Source: Haplodiscus bocki (taxonomy: Eukaryota). Taken from it: DNA of 64,000 nucleotides. The position numbers and the translations under genes are program-made. How positions within the stretch are numbered: the stretch's first letter is position 1; each line of letters opens with the position of its first letter. Location of the stretch: contig OZ296654.1 of assembly GCA_965655095.1 (NCBI GenBank), positions 47,182,001 through 47,246,000 on the forward strand, in the 5' to 3' direction. Under the pieces are notes generated by a model that saw only the letters and a list, made by a program, of their open reading frames with translations, made no database searches and was not told the DNA's origin. Positions 37,701-53,300 of this stretch are shown here, in pieces.

Positions 37701-40700
37701 AGGAAGTCATGCATTCTATCACGTTCAAAATGCTTTTTTATTTTCGGGTTCTTAAATATTATGCATGGCTTCAATTTTCGGGCGGATAGGTAATATAGTT
37801 TTCGGGCAAAAGTAATTCAAATGGTTTGACTGTTAGAAGCATGTAACACGACTTTCTGGGGCAATTATCGATTTGGTTTCCGACAAACTTCCTGCTCTTC
37901 AGAAGTGAGGGTGAACATAAGTGTTTTCCTAAGGGTGGGCTAAAATTGAGAAAGCGTCAACTGAGGTTAATGTCGATCCTGAATCATGAAAGGTTTGAAA
38001 CAGCGAAGGTAATTGTTAATTAAAGACGTTTGGGAGTCTTGTCAAAACATGAAAACTTTGATAAAGGTGAGTTTGTCAACGGATGAAACTCTAAATAAAG
38101 AAATTGCTTCTTCATGTAAAGGGATGTGTGCAGAAGCATAGGTGAAATCGATAGCGGATTTTTTTGTAAGTTCTTGGTACTTGGGAAGCTAAAAATTCAA
38201 TCAGCTTACTTTCAGAAAAAAACAGTATTTGGAATGGGACGTCAAATTTTAAATTATTTATTTCAATTGTGCCTTCTTTCGCATAGTTGATAGAAATGTG
38301 GAACCATACGAACGAGATGCAGCTTTTGAGAAATCAATTTAGCGGTTAGTATTGTGTTTTTTGTGTTCTTCTAGGAAGTCAACAATTTTTCCAGGGAAAG
38401 GAAATTTTTGTTGGGCTTTGTGTTGAAAGATGAGTATTTTTCAACACCAACTCAAAATTGTTGTGGAAAAATCACCAACATTGTTTTTATTGGTGGAAAA
38501 ACAGTTCTTACCTTTTTTAAGGGTTTTACAACATTGTTAGTGCCTTTCTCGTACTGAAACTCCGCTTCATTTTGATGTCATGCATGAGGAATTGTGTGTA
38601 CACTTGTTTTGACATCTTTACGTTACGATTTCGATACGTTTTTTGAAGTAATATGAACTTTAATGATTCCAACAATTCCTTTACAAAAAGTTTATTTAAC
38701 GTTTTGAATTACTACAGAACAAAAGTTTTATGGAATCTGTTGAGGATCGAAATCAAAACAAAGTAATACAAAAAAATTTGTAATTTTGAACTGCGAAATT
38801 GACGGGAAAAATTAGTTTTCTTTTTTTTTGTACCAAAATCATTGTGACAAGTTGATTGAAGAAAAAAACTTTTCTCCAATAATGATTGTGTCAAAAATGA
38901 CAACATTATTTTTGAGTATGAATTAATTTACTACAGTGTTCCTTAAATCTTGATCAGTTTTTCTTCAGAACCGTTGCACGTTTTGGATGCCAACTGAATT
39001 AGTGTTCTCCTCAAAGTATGTTGTTTTTATATTTTTGTTTTAAATATTAATTACAGCAGAATCAGTCGTAAAAAGTGCTCGTCATTATTGTTTTAGCTTT
39101 TCAATATAAAATAGTGGATTTTTCCATTTTCAACACGTCCAGCAACTGCTGACTTTTGGTAGGTTTTTCCATTTAGATCTTTGGGTAGAATGATGAAACG
39201 TTTGGCTTTTATCGTAATTTTAGTCGTTTTCTAATCAGGAAAACAAGCGTCGGTATCAAACAAAAATGTAATTTCAAGTCATGATGGTTTTCTTTAAAAG
39301 GGATCATTTGTAATATGGGCACAGATCTTAAAAACTAATTTGTTGAGTTAGTGTAGTGTTACCGGTGAGGGTTAGGTCATGCGTCACTTTGTACAATAAA
39401 ACGTAAAAATGTGAAAATTTACTAACCTCAATTAAGTTAAAGGCAATAGAAGGACGTGTTTTTGGGAATCGTGAAAAGGAAATGATTTGTCATTTTGACT
39501 TGTAACGCTTCGGGCGTGTTTGTGAAGGTGGTGTGTCAGGAAAGTTAAAATTCTTACACAACTATGTTCTTGTTGCTTGAAAATAAAGTTGAGCGAGATC
39601 GAGGAAAATGGTGATTTCGGTGTTTATCATATCGTGAACGAGGGTAAAAAGTAATGTTTGAAATATCAGTTTCTTATTAGTTCTTAATTTGGGAGTCTTT
39701 TTTATTGCAAGAGGTGTCACAAAGGGCTTCTGGTTATACTGAACGGGAGTTTTTACAATTATAAAAATTTCTATTCAATTTTGAAGGAATACAGTTTCAA
39801 ATATTTGAAAGGAACAAACTACACTTTTCAGAGATAATATGGTTTCTGGAAGAATCGAAAATTTGTGAAAATTTTTCTTCACATGGTATTACGAAAGTAG
39901 TGATTGTATGTACCTTGAGGTGATTTTTGAAAAGTCATGGATATCTGGAGTTACTCTGTTGGCTAAAAGAACGCAAAATAGAGTGAGAAAACTCATGAAA
40001 ACCAGAGCAACTTCGGTAAATTTTTGAGGTAGATTTGGAAATAGGATCAATTTCAATTTATTTCAAAGTTTGTGTATGGTGGGATTCATTTCAAAATCTA
40101 ACGTGGTAATAAATCCAGTTATGTTGTTAACTAAATTTTAGCTGAATTATAATTTGTAATACCAGCATCTAAAACATCTTCAGAGTTAACTAATTTGACA
40201 AGATGGTGATAAAGAATTGAACTTCTCAGTATTCTTGATAGATGTGTAACTTGTTTTTCATTGGCATTTTTTGAAACTTATAGTGTAAAACGTGTAGTAA
40301 AGTTTTCATTGCCTTTAAACCTAATTTTAGCGGTTGATTTGATGAACCATCTCCTTCAAACTAAAATTTGAAATTGAATTATTTTTTGCCTCACATTTTT
40401 TTCTAAAATATTTTCGTGCAATTTTTAAAAATTGCATCTGGGATGTAGTTATGATCTAATCAATCAAAAATGCGATAATCAAATGCTCGATTTGTGTAAA
40501 AATTGTTTAATGAGTGGTAATATGAGGGTTTGTGTTTATATTTGGAGATGGAGTAAAAGTTTGCTGGATGGGATTTGAATTAAGTTGCTACGCGTTGTTA
40601 TTAAGAGTAGGATTAATGTTGTTTATAAAAATAGCTAGAGGGTCCATTTGAAACTTTGAGTTAGATGGAGATTTAGAAAAATGGCAAGGGTTAAACTGAA

Positions 40701-43640
40701 AGTTTGGAAGTATTAGTTTTTTGTAATATGTAATCCTTATTGGTTGAGTAGGGATGGCTGTAATGGAGGGCAACACTGGATGGGAGGTAGAATGTAAGGT
40801 TTTATGTTTAGATTCCTTTTGGTTTTGGTATTCAGAGAAGGCGGATTAGATTTACTTTCCGATGTTGTAGTTGGTTAAATAGGTTGTGTCCAAGTTTTTT
40901 AAGTCAAAAGAAGGAGAAAACTTTGTCAGTTTGAATTTAACGTTTGCGGTATGTAAAAAAAAGAGTTCCTGATTGGGCTTCCTGGGCGGATGGTGATTTG
41001 GTGGCGATGGTGGTGCAATAGTTTGTCGCAGAAGATTTTGTGAGGTAAAGTTGTGATCGTGTTTTATAAAATTTGTGTTTTGGGGAAAGCTACAACAATT
41101 GAATAGATTTCTGTGAAGAACCAGGAAGTAATTGAGTTGAATCCGTGGAATGAGTTGGAGATATTGCGGAATTACTTTTGGAGGTATAGGCAAAATTGTA
41201 TTCTATATTTCTAGTGTGGAGCAGGAGCAAAAAGTCTTGTATTTTTTTTGCAAAATAGTATTCTCATTTGTTGTTAAAACAATTTTTAGTAATGGCTTGT
41301 TTTGGGAAAGTTTGTGGAAGTTTTTGGCGCTTTTGATGCTTTGTCAATTGACTTCGGTTCTCAACTGAAATTAGTAAAAAAGCAGTTTAGGTATTTGAAA
41401 TTTGGTATGAAGTCTTTAAATTTTCAGTTTACTCGCAACATATGAATTAGGAGGAGTGAAAGTTTGTATAATCTCAGAATCATTTTTGAAAACTGTTTAA
41501 AACTTGAAACAAACTGGGTATCTCAGGAAAGTTATGTAGCGGTGTAAATGTCTCGGGTGTCTCGCATTTCCACGATTGACGAAAAGTGTAAATTTATCTT
41601 TTTGCTAAATGTTCTGGTAAGTATTCCGTTGAAAATGATGTTGATCCAGCCATATTAAGTGGTTAAAGAATCTTGAGATTTTTCCCAGGAAAAATGAAAA
41701 AAAAATAATTTCCTGAATTTCGTCGTGATCTCGGCTAGCTTTAAGGAAGAAATTGTGCTGAAAATTTTGGTGTTGTATTACAGGCCTCTAAGACCAGGGA
41801 TGAACATTTTATTCCATGCGTAATTTTTTTCTCAAACATGGGACTATTGAAAACGACTCTCTTCTCCTAGTGAATAGTAGAAGGTGAAAATTTGGTTTTT
41901 GTTCAATAAACAAGCTCTGTGCATTTAAATGTGTAAAAAACTGTAAAGAAAGCACTTGAATTTGTTACATAGATAGCATGTGGGTTTTTCCTTCAGTAAC
42001 TGTAGTCTCACAAATCATTATGCCATAGTTGAAAAAATAGTGAAGTATGTTTGATTATTGTTTTAAAAAGACGTGTGGTGTTTGAAAAACAATCATGTGC
42101 ATCATAATGGTATCTTAATAAAGGAAATAGAGCGTCACTATTTGGTTTGCCTCCACAGAGGAGTGAGTTGGTAGCAATGAACAATATGTCTCGTAAAAAC
42201 ATGTTGCATCTTGAATGGATGCTTTTGATGTCTTTGTGATCCTGTTAACTCTGAAAGAACAACTCTTTGTTTCTTTATCTCAACGGATATTTTGAGTTCT
42301 CGATTGAGAGATATAGAACTTTTAGAGTGGTAAAACATTTGGGTTTTTATTCTGAATAATGTTGTCCAACTGAAGGTTGATTACGAAAAGGTAAGTATAC
42401 GCAAGAGAAAATTCCAAGTGAAGCTTGATGATATTTTGCAATCCTGTGAATTACAGGAAGTAAACGAGTTTTAGTTTTCGTTTCAAGTAACGGACAAGAA
42501 CTTGGGATTTTACGTTTAGGACAAAAATGGGAAAGGGTCTGAGAAAAACGAACCAGGACTTCCAGTGTCTGATTAATAGTGCTTATCCAATGGTTTTACT
42601 TTTACTTTTTCAAGAGAAGAGAAAGATTCAAGCTCGAACGTAATTCGGTGCTCATATAAGATATCCCTAAAGTGACGTCTAAACCTAACAGGAACTTTTG
42701 AAGTGAATCCTAAACGAAAGGCAGTTTTCACTAGTTTGAGGCTCTACGCAAAAAATAGTGAGTTTCGCTGTGACGTTAAACTTACAATAGGGAGAAACAA
42801 ATATAGGTGCCTGTACGGAAAAACTGACGTAATATGATGAATAAATAATCGCGTAGAGTTTGGGTTTTTGTCTGAAAAAGAAATTGATGAGAAAAACATA
42901 GTGAAACTTTAGTTTGTTTTAATGTAGGTGTTAAAATTTGTTGGATTTTGCTTTAAATACATTGGTTTTGTGATTGATGGATTTTACGAATATACCATAG
43001 TTGTGAGATTGGCGATTGAATCTTTTGAATTTGAAGGCTGCTTGTTAAAAATTTCGATTGAGGACCAAAAGAGGTTTTCTCGTTAGAAAACTCAACAATG
43101 ACCAGGAAGTAGTGCCGAGGATGCTCTGGATAGAAAGTTTAGTGAGGAAGAGTTTTTTTGGATAAGAGGTGCGAAAAAATGCTGTGAAAAGAGAATTTCT
43201 GGTTTGAAAGTTGAAGTAAAGATCATACGCGAAAAATTGTCAAACTGTAGATGATAAATTTGAGAAGAAGTTTAGTACCAGATGAGAAGAAGTTTGGGTT
43301 GTATTTGAGGCGAAGAATTTGTTGAAAGCGTGGCTCTGTTGCACCAATTGATGTTTTTATGAAAACTTAGAAAAGAGACTTTAGAAATTTTGGCTCTATT
43401 TGAAATAGTGAAAAACTGATCTACTCAGTGTTCTTTCTTCGTTGGTATACACTCAAAAGAATTGGTGTCAGGGAAGACAACTGTTTCTATTTTAATTGTA
43501 CGCTCTGCTGGAGATCTTGTATATTGGGTATATCTCATCAATAATTATAGATATAAGGAAAAAACTGTAGGTTACAATGGGTTAGCTTTTTAGTCATGAA
43601 ATCAATAATTCAATTATTTAGAAAAGTTGTATAATTCATA
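34740..43640 (-). mobile_element. ancient full-length Gypsy-like LTR retrotransposon
   Basis: Diverged direct repeats at ~34760-34940 and ~43447-43635; minus-strand RT remnant AIDFTYASAHIPL (~38120-38160) and RT/RNaseH junction LAIP...FCITVEA (ORF 37420-37623). Confidence 0.75.
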
Positions 43641-44183
43641 AATGTACCACAGTGTAAGCTAGTCAGTTTTCGAGAGATTGCTGATGTTATTCTCCGAGAT
43701 CAGAGCTTGTATCCAACGCAAAGCGGCTCAAAGTCATTCTGATACATGACAAGGTCCAATAAACTGTACTTTTTTTAGCCCCTGAAAGTTATTACATCTG
43801 GCTGCAGTGTCGCCCCAGAGTGATGAGCTACATTCGAAGGAAAAGGATAATTGTTGCAATTAGATTTTTGAAGGAAAATTTTTTGACTGATTTGAACATT
43901 TATTGTAGGCAGGACTCTTGCGATCTTTTTATTTTCAGGAGCACGATTAAAGCTTGCCGACGGGCAAATTCTGAAATCACATTTCTGCTTCCGCTGTGTT
44001 GCTCTTCTAAGTCATCACTGGCTCGTCAAGGGGTCACATTATGACCGAAGACATCCGTATAGTTGATTAGATGTCGTCAATCAATACCAGGCGGGAACAA
44101 AAGAAAGGTGTAGTCGTCGACAGATCAAAGCATGAGAAGTAGCGGATGACATTGCACTAATGTTTCGTTCCCATGTCTTGTAT

Positions 44184-46700
44184 TTCCAGTCGGTGGTGGA
44201 AAACACAAACAATAACACCGAAATGAGAAAAAAAACATTTCGGAGTTTTCCTTGCTATTTCACCGCTGGCAAACATATTTGTATGTAAAAATCAAAACTT
44301 TGCGCAAAAAATTCCGGCAAGTTTGCAGAGATTACTTCGTAATGCTTGACAATAAATCAAAAAACGAGGGACACTTTGGGACGGTGCAAACAAAGTTGCA
44401 TAGAAAATCATACTATCAACTATTTCATTTTTCATTGCTATGGGCATGGATTGGAAAAACTGTCGGTTTTTATGCCTTCGTTCGCATTTGAAAGAACAGT
44501 AGCTTGGAAGTGATTGCAACAGGCAAGACTGGGAACAGCTTCTGTCACAATTGAAAAACCATGTTGAAATTTAGCATCTGATGTGTACTTCTTTCTTTGA
44601 CATTGTCTTAGTATAAAATTCGAGGGGGCATCAATCCTTGAGATCAGATGCACCGCGGCTTGATTGATCTTTCAATTCCCAAGCCACCGATAAAAAGGAT
44701 GCAGGTGATTTTTGCTCAGCCGACAAAGCATTAACTCCTTAGAACCACACAGACGACTCAAACAATTGAAATAATAATTAATAATTCAACGTGCAGATGG
44801 AAAAGGTCATTTTTTTCTGTTTAAAAAAGAGTTTTTGAGGACGCTAAACCCTACCTGTGAATGTTCAATGCTACAAAATCCGAGTTGAAGTTATCGAATG
44901 TTCCTCAATTCAGCTTGCACAAGTTGTAGCCAAAATTCATCTCTTCTAGGAAACGAATTGAACAATTTTACACAAACTGAAAAGAGTCTTTTGCATTTCA
45001 GGCGGTAACAACCAATTTTCTACAAACCTGGGTTGACTCAGAGTATTTTTCTCATGTTGGTTTATGAGCCGTTATTAGAGTTATCGGACTGCTTTTTTGA
45101 GACCAATATGAACACTTTTCTGTTTGATAGTTAGCCCTCTATCATCGCAGTACATAGATTCACTTTCACAAAGGGTTCAATTCTGATGCAAGCTGTTAAC
45201 GTGGACAAAACCAGACAAACAGTAAAGGGCTAAGGAGTTCGTATGTTAAGAAAGAAAGGAAGAACGTTGATTTGAAAGGATAAGCAAAAACATGTAACAA
45301 GAGTTTATATAATATATAAATGTATCATCCAATGGGGACCCAAAATGAGCTTAAGCAGCTCTTCTAGTTTCTGCCCCACATTAACGAAAGCTAAAAAACT
45401 ATAAAAGAAATGCACTAGGGATTTCTTCAATGTTTATCATCCAAGTAAATAGACAGATATTTGGAATACTCATGAAATTATGTTAAAAATCGATGTTCTA
45501 ACATTGCTACCTATGACATAAGTTCCGAAATTTTTCTGAGTTGTACAGCTATTTGCGAGTTGCTTAAACGCTTGATATCTTTAGGTATCACATCCTTGTC
45601 TTTTAGCCAGTTGTAGGCTTTCCGTAATCTATTTTCAACCGACTTCGATTCAGTGATAGTGCGACTGTAGGTAATTGTTAATAGTCCCTGCTGGCTTCTT
45701 CTTGTATAATATGAACATCTGTCCTCTCCAGTTAAAACCCACGAAACTCAGACTTGTGTGCCTTTTGGAGTCAGGCAGAGATGGTTCACCGTGGAAGAAA
45801 TAGATAAATTTAGAGGTTTCTGCGTGATGCCCTCGTACATATTCGGAGACCAGTTTCCCTTCAATCATACAGCGGCCGTTAAACGCATTTTAGCCAGCTG
45901 CAATGAACCTGCAATGTCAATGTCTCAGAATAATTTCCTATTTTGCATAAAATTTTGAACACGATCGCACTTTTGACACCAGTGCCCATTTGATTCATTG
46001 GTAGCTTTTGCTTATCCATTTGATGCTCTTGCACATCAACTTAAAAGAATATCAGCTGCTAAGCTGCGACAAACTCTTTCCTCAATGTTTTTAACTTTTT
46101 CATCAACTTGCTCAATTTCTATGAAGGAATCTGCAATATGTAGCACAACAAAGGTGGCACAACAGGTGTTTGTAGCAGCAAGTCTAACTCTTCGTCGTCA
46201 ACTTCCGCAACCCCGAAGAGCGATGGGACTGAGAAAAGTTTTCCCAAATGAATTCCCGCTCCATTTTCATTCAAGTTTGAAAACCTTTTTCCTTGAATAT
46301 TTGCTTTGGTTGGGAAATGTGGCGTGTCATTCATTTGAACGCTGCTGCCACGAAAATTGCATCTCACCTCTAAATAATCATTGTGAAAAGACTTCATCGC
46401 AGAAACCAACTAAGCTTCCAGTCGGTGGTGGAAAACACAAACAACATGGAATGAGAAACAAAAAATAAAAAAAATATTTGATAGTTCGCCAGTGGCACAT
46501 ATACATCTATGTAGAAGTCAAAAATTTGTCGCGCCAAATTTTTCGACAAGCTTGTAGAAAACACGTGGCAATGAGTCATAAGGTTTACAAAATTCCAACC
46601 AAGGATGGACGCTTTTGCACGGTTAATAATGAAAATAATCCTATTTTGTCTCTTGTGGAGTCTTCAGTTGGTTTCTGCTGTTTATTTTGTGTAATTCGAA
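44184..46700 (+). repeat. diverged ~300-bp direct repeat pair (44184-44480 and 46416-46700)
   Basis: Both begin ttccagtcggtggtggaaaacacaaacaa and stay alignable downstream. Confidence 0.75.
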
Positions 46701-49200
46701 CCTAGGGTAAAAACTTCGAATCAGTACTTGCCTCTTTTCGGGCTTCCAATTCGCTCTTCTTGAGAGCATTTGTTCGTTAATTGAATTCTTGTTCACTCCA
46801 CTGGGGGTGTTCAGAGCCTCGGGGCAGTTGCTTACAGCCACACACTTTGCGCATTTACCTATATAATCTCTCTTCACGGCAATGATCTTTGAAATTGACA
46901 CCTAATAAAATCTTCAAGCTAATAAAAAAATAAACTAGCTGTGTTTCATTGATCTAAGTTGTAGTTGTTTAGCTTGACCACTGGAAATCCTTTTTGAACT
47001 TTAGAAAACTCCTGAAGTGATTTTCGGCAGACCTGTTTTGTTATAAACGTTCTCAAGAAAATGAAGAAAAGTAACTACTTTCTGACATTTTTTTAAAAAA
47101 TTTTTCCTGTCATGACAATCGTATTTTATCTTATTTCAACTCGTTGTTCAATTTTTCCTCTGACTGGTCAGGTTTAACCTTTCTTGGGCATAAGATATAT
47201 ATCGACATTATACTTTAAAGAAGGACGTGCTATTAATAATTTGTATATCTCTGCATTCGAACACTCAGATCATTTTGGTTTTCTTGGAACAAGGCAGAGA
47301 GAGAAAAAGAGAAGTTTTCTTAAGTATCCTGCGTTTTTTAGGCATCGGAAGTTTTAGGAGAAAAATACTCGAAAAAAGCAGTTTTTATTTTAGACATTTA
47401 TTTCAGTTTTGTGGTCTCCAGAACCGTAAATCATGAGACCTCCGTTTTCAACCGACTTTCATCTCTTCTAAATTAGAACGGTTCGATTTGCAGGCTATCA
47501 TGGAGAGTTCAAGAGTTTTTGACAACTGTTTTATTTCAAAAAAGCAACGATAATACTACCTTCACTACTGACTTACATGTTTGAGAATGGTACTTCGCGG
47601 AACTTGGCCCTGTAACCGATTTAAGTTTATCTTGGAGAAAACCAAGCGAGAATTTGGGGAACCTGTTTTGGGTATTTATCGCGTTCCATCTGCACTTGTC
47701 GGGAGTTTCACGACGAAATTACCAAAAAACTTTTTTTCCAGAATTTTATTTCACGTTCTTGCATTCACCATCAGTTAATAACTGAATACCAAACCCCGCA
47801 CTTACCGAGCCCTAAGACATAAAAATCAACTAATGTTGTTGTTATAGCCTTGTCCCAGAATGTTCGCAACTTTGGACTGAAAATTTTCACACGAGCTTTC
47901 CTGGTTAAATCTTTGAAAAATAGAGGTTTATTCCCATAGTTCTTTCTGATGCACATAGGAGCGTCCATGGCAAAAGCCACGTTTGTCTTTTTCCGGCAAT
48001 CCGCCCGAAAACGAAGGAGACGTAGGTCTGCAAACCTTAGTGCAAGCCTCGATGACTTCAAATTTTTTCACGAACAACTTGCCAGTGCTGACTTGATATC
48101 AACGATCAACACCATTGCAGCAATTTTTTGAATCTAATTGGAGCATTACCGTTGTTTCTCTGTTTTATCATAGGCAAGATTGAGGGCAAGATAACCATAC
48201 ATCTAATCGAAAATAACACCATTGCACGGAGCCACGGATCCCAACACGAACTCTCGAAATAGTCTTTACCAGTATTGAGATTGTAATGTTTAGGGACCGC
48301 ATTTCAGGCTGCTGTCCTCCAGCCTGTTTTCTATTGCTACCGAACTGTTTAATGCGACTAATTTGTTACGTTTGATTGGCACCCTACATGGCATCCGATA
48401 TTCTGAATGATATGTCGCCCTGTAAGCTTCTTTGTACCTTTTCCCATCGTCTGGTCCAATAGGACTTGAACTCAAGAACTCAAATGTCAGTGGACGTACT
48501 TTCACTTAATATTAAGTTTGAAGGATCCTTTCAAGTTTTTTTAAACTTATTTCAAGTATTTCTGCTTCAATGTTTGTTGCAACGAACCAAATTTGTTCAC
48601 CTGTTCGCGGCAGCCAAAATAGTTGCCCTGCAAATTTGTAGCGTTGCCATGCTCTATAAAAAAAATGTTCACGTTGTCCTCTGTGTTTCAAATACACTGC
48701 CTATTAGGTCACTAATTGCAGGTGATTTTGTCTGCCATTTTTATAGATGTAAAGTAAAAACTTTTACGTCGTTTGTACAGAACATTGAATCTTTGAAACT
48801 CTTGAACTTTGACTTTGAGCAACTGCCTTTTTGGATGCTTTTTGACGCCAGCAACACCTATTTTTTCTTTTCTTTTCAAAAAGACCTTGGTTTAACATGG
48901 TTAATTTTATTTAATACTAAAGGTGATTCATAGTTTGGGATCAGACCTTTTGGCTGATTTCTTTGAACTCAATTTTTTCTTTAACTATACCTAGAGTTTT
49001 TTTGAACGCTTCTCTGAAAACAATGGGAGACCTCGAAAAATTTCGTGAAAACCAAACAACTTAGTGATCGCTTTTGCACCTGATTCAAGACGAAAGAGCG
49101 CGAAAGAGTAGTTTTAGGCGATAGCTCTCGCAAGCCCCACTGATTAGTGGAACAAGATCTAACAAAGATCAAGGTTTGTATCCAAATTAGTCTTCTTTTT
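45400..49200 (-). mobile_element. decayed Gypsy-like pol remnant
   Basis: Minus-strand PW.APMCIRKNYG.KPLFFKDL (~47900-47970) resembles SPW.SP.VLV.KKDG.LRFC.D; WCQKCDR (~45965-45985) resembles the integrase zinc finger. Confidence 0.5.
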
Positions 49201-50399
49201 GCATCTGTATATTGTTTTTAGTAAGTTTGGTTAAAAAGCGACAACGAATCAGAAAAAAAGGAAAAACACCGTTATAGATGACCGATGTAAACTAGTCAGC
49301 CCAATTTCGTCGGTTTATAAAAACTACCCTTTATAAAAGTATTGCGGCCACTCACGGAGAAGTGAGTGAGATCTCGAGAACAACTCCAATTCAAACCAGT
49401 CGTGTGAAAAGGAATTGATGGAACAATAACACAATGAGAATAATTGACGAGGGGCTTCAGTTGGACGCCCGCCATAAATAGTTACGTAACAGACTGACTT
49501 GCTCGAAAATCAAATTTCGAGGCATGTCCCTGTATTTAAATCACCAGTGTGTTTGTCTAGCTACCACAAGCTTGAAAACATATTTACGCTTTACGGTTAA
49601 GGCTTTTCCAGTGGTTGTTCGAGTTTCGGAAAAAAAATTTCCTGTCAAATTGTGAACCTTTTTGTAGAAGTTTTGGCCTCCTTTCTTTGTAGTTGTTTTC
49701 TGTGCTTCAACCAAATAATTCTTGAACAATTGAACTAGTGTCTGTCTACCTACATGCCAAATCGAAGCCTACTGGCTGTCATACTAAACGAACGGTAGCT
49801 TTTGTGGCGTTTTAATTGTATTCAATCTCAAACTGTTGTTTTTGTGCTAACAAAGTGCTCTTTTTGTTTTTTTCTTACTCACACGGAAACTCTCAAAAGT
49901 GCTTCGTATACATTATGACTTATCTTTATAGTGGACAACTTAAGCCACAACTTCGTCATTCAGTTTTTAAACATTATGCCGTCTGAAATCCGCTAAAACT
50001 CACTGTGACACTCGCGCAGTTTCAAATGGTCTCAACTATTGACTAACAGCAACTTTTTTCGAACTCTACCATACAAAACATATCAAATCCAACCGAGCAT
50101 TTTCTTGGTCATAAAAGTGTTTTAGAAGCATCCTTATGATAAATGACTCCAGAATGTTGCGTAGCACTTATACCAGCACAGTATCTAAAAGTATCTTAGC
50201 TAGACTTCCAAGCTGTTACAAAAAGCTAATGAGCTCCAATACAACACTGCTCCCTTTTAAAAAGCTCTGCTGAGTCTGAATCTGACATTTCACACCCTGC
50301 TGAGAAAATTCAAGAAAATCAATCACGTAAGAACACAATAAACCTCCGAAATTACGTTAGTAGTGCATAATCTGGGATTTCAGTTCATCCTCAAAACCT

Positions 50400-53300
50400 T
50401 ACAACCGCTTTAAAACCAGTTTGTTGAAAAGTACTAAAATTTTTTTGAAGACAATCCCTCCAACTAAGAAAAATTTTACCATTAGGTTTGTTTTTGTTTT
50501 CCAACCAACTCCCCAAAACAAGAATATTATTTTCAACTAACAAAATTTAGTTTGGCTCTTACACACAAAAAACATATGATTCGATCTAACTACATACACA
50601 TAATGAATTACAAACACAAACCTTTAAAGCAAAGTTTGTTTGATTTCAAAAAAATAATAGTGCTTTGAAGAATTGGGACGGAACAAGCCAAATTTAGCGT
50701 TTATATTGTTTTCGATTGGTGGGATTAGCCGTGGGCAAACAAAACAAATTTAAAACAGAATTTATTTTTTGAGGATCATCTGCCGCCCGAGTTCATACGC
50801 TACTCATTGTTTTGAAAGTAAATAATTTCAAAACAAAAAACTTCAAAATAAAACCCAAAAATCAATTTGACGCATACAAAACTCCAGTAACACTGTGACA
50901 AAACTTGGAAATTAGACTTATTTGAAATAATTGGCTTCAAGTGTAAAAATTTCAAAGTTGTTATTGATACATCCATTTTTATCCATGTATTTTAAAACAA
51001 AGATTTCAAGGAATAGTTCGAATTAATTGACATTTTCAGAAACGAAGGTATTACATACATTCAAGTTTTTCTAAGTTCGAAGTTTTTTTTTCAAATTTAT
51101 TTTCAATCAATAAATATCGACTACTTTTTGCTTGGGAACAATATCGGCAAACAAAATTTAGACGCAAATTTAATACTGAGCCATAAGAAACTAAAAACTA
51201 ACTCTTTCTGTTTTAAATTTTGAAAAACAAATTTGGTAAATTAGCACAAATGCAAAAAGCAAAACAAAGTAGGTTTTTCTGTTTCAACAATCAGAAGATA
51301 AAGAGCCGGAATAAATGAGAATACTCCTTAAAAAGTAAAATGAAAAAAAAGGTTGTTTAAAAAATTCTGATGGGCTATCTGAGAACGCAAAACTTGTGAT
51401 AGTGGAGGACATAATGCAGATAAATCTTATTTAGATAAAAAAGTTTATATAAAAAACAATGGATGTAGCAATGAAACAAGTCTTAAGTGACATAGTTACA
51501 AAAAAGAACAAAATACAAGATTCGAAAGATATCAGCGCACAGTTTTTGGAGCACTAGTCCAAAATACTAATAAATAGTATCGATGACGCCAACCTTTACA
51601 AAAATATTTAAGTTAGTGGCAGATAACACTGTGGAATTGTCGCCAGATAATGATACTTTATGAAAGTAGGAGAAAATCGTACACGGTGGTTACAATATGC
51701 TCGATTTACAATTCACAAAATTGAAGGATCTGGATTGTAAAAAAAGAGGGGATCACACTAAAGCTACATTGAGAAAACAACTAAATTAAACAGGATTTGA
51801 TTGCGTAATCATAAATTTGGAACATCTGATTTTTGTATTATCTCTGCAAAAATTAAAATACAACATCCCAATCTCAACCAACTGAAATTGAAAACTAAAA
51901 ACGCAAAAAAAACATCAAAGGATATTAACAGTTTTCAAAACGGTTCATGAGGACGATCTTGTTAGAAAACCATGAACAGATACAAACCTCAACAAGAAAA
52001 ATGGACGAACACTTTTTTTTAGGAAAACGAATTTCATAATTTTTACGAAGAAAAAACTGCTAACATGATGCAGTAACTGTTCAATTGTTTTTTGAAAAGG
52101 CTGTTAAATCAAAAGTGCAGGTACTTCATGATGGAGGGTCATTTGGTAACTATGAAAATGTTTAACCTTCACTAAAAAAGTTAATATTCAAAAGTAGGCT
52201 TGGAAGCAATTTAGAGTACAGCAAAATTTGACGTTGAGTGATTTTAGGGGTTGTTTAACTGGAAAAAAACTGAAAGATGAAGTGACATCTAATCAAAAAA
52301 CTGGAGCAAAAACAAAAATTGTTAGAAATACAAACTAATGCATACATGAGAGATGATCAATTCAGAGGCGAGGTAGGAAAAATAATTTTTAATCTAACGA
52401 AAGGAATTCAGTGGTTTACATATATACTGAAAAATTATATAGTGATTCTTATGGTTGTCAGCCACCACGAAACACATATAGAAAAACTACAAGAAGAAGC
52501 AGAAATTTTTTTAAATAAATTTCAAGATAATGATACTTGCTGCGCAGTTTTTCGTTCAGAAACAACATACTTAACAAAAGTTCCTAAAATTGACTTTAAA
52601 GCAACCTTATTGGTTTCCTGATAAAATTTGAGATTGAGAAAATATACCCACTTCATCTGAGACAAGAAAGTCCTTTTCCAAAAAAAAATGACGGGGGAAG
52701 GAGTTAAATTTATTGAAGAACAAAGGATGAACTTTTATTTTCCTTTGAAAGAACACTCATCGGCTCATTGAAGACATTAAAACAAAACCACAAGAAACCG
52801 GAAAAATTAAACTGAAGAAGTAAAAGTAAAAGTTGTGATTTAGCAATCCCTTAAAACCAGCAGAAGGAAAAAGGATAAGATAAAGAACAATTTTAGAAAT
52901 AAAAATTCTGTTCTGAATATATCTAGCGGAACCTTTAAATTTTCTGATTGCACTCCTGTTCATTGGACCGATACACAACTGTTGGAATATTACCAGTTGG
53001 AATTAAGCTTAAGGAAGTGAATCAATTGATCCTCAAAGAACTTGCAGTTGAAGGGGAGTAAATAAATTTTAGATGAGGGTGTTGGCCAAGCAGACCCAAC
53101 TCAAAAAATGATGGAAATTATTAATCAAAACTTTATTAAAATTTTCCCAGAGAGAAAACAATAAATTGATTTTTTAATCAGAGACATGAAGACTTAAAAG
53201 ATGTGGCTATTAGATTGAGATTATCAATTTTTGAACTTAGATGTTTAGTGGTTGAAAAAAAATATAATTCGTAAAAGTACATCTTTACAACACCATTAGT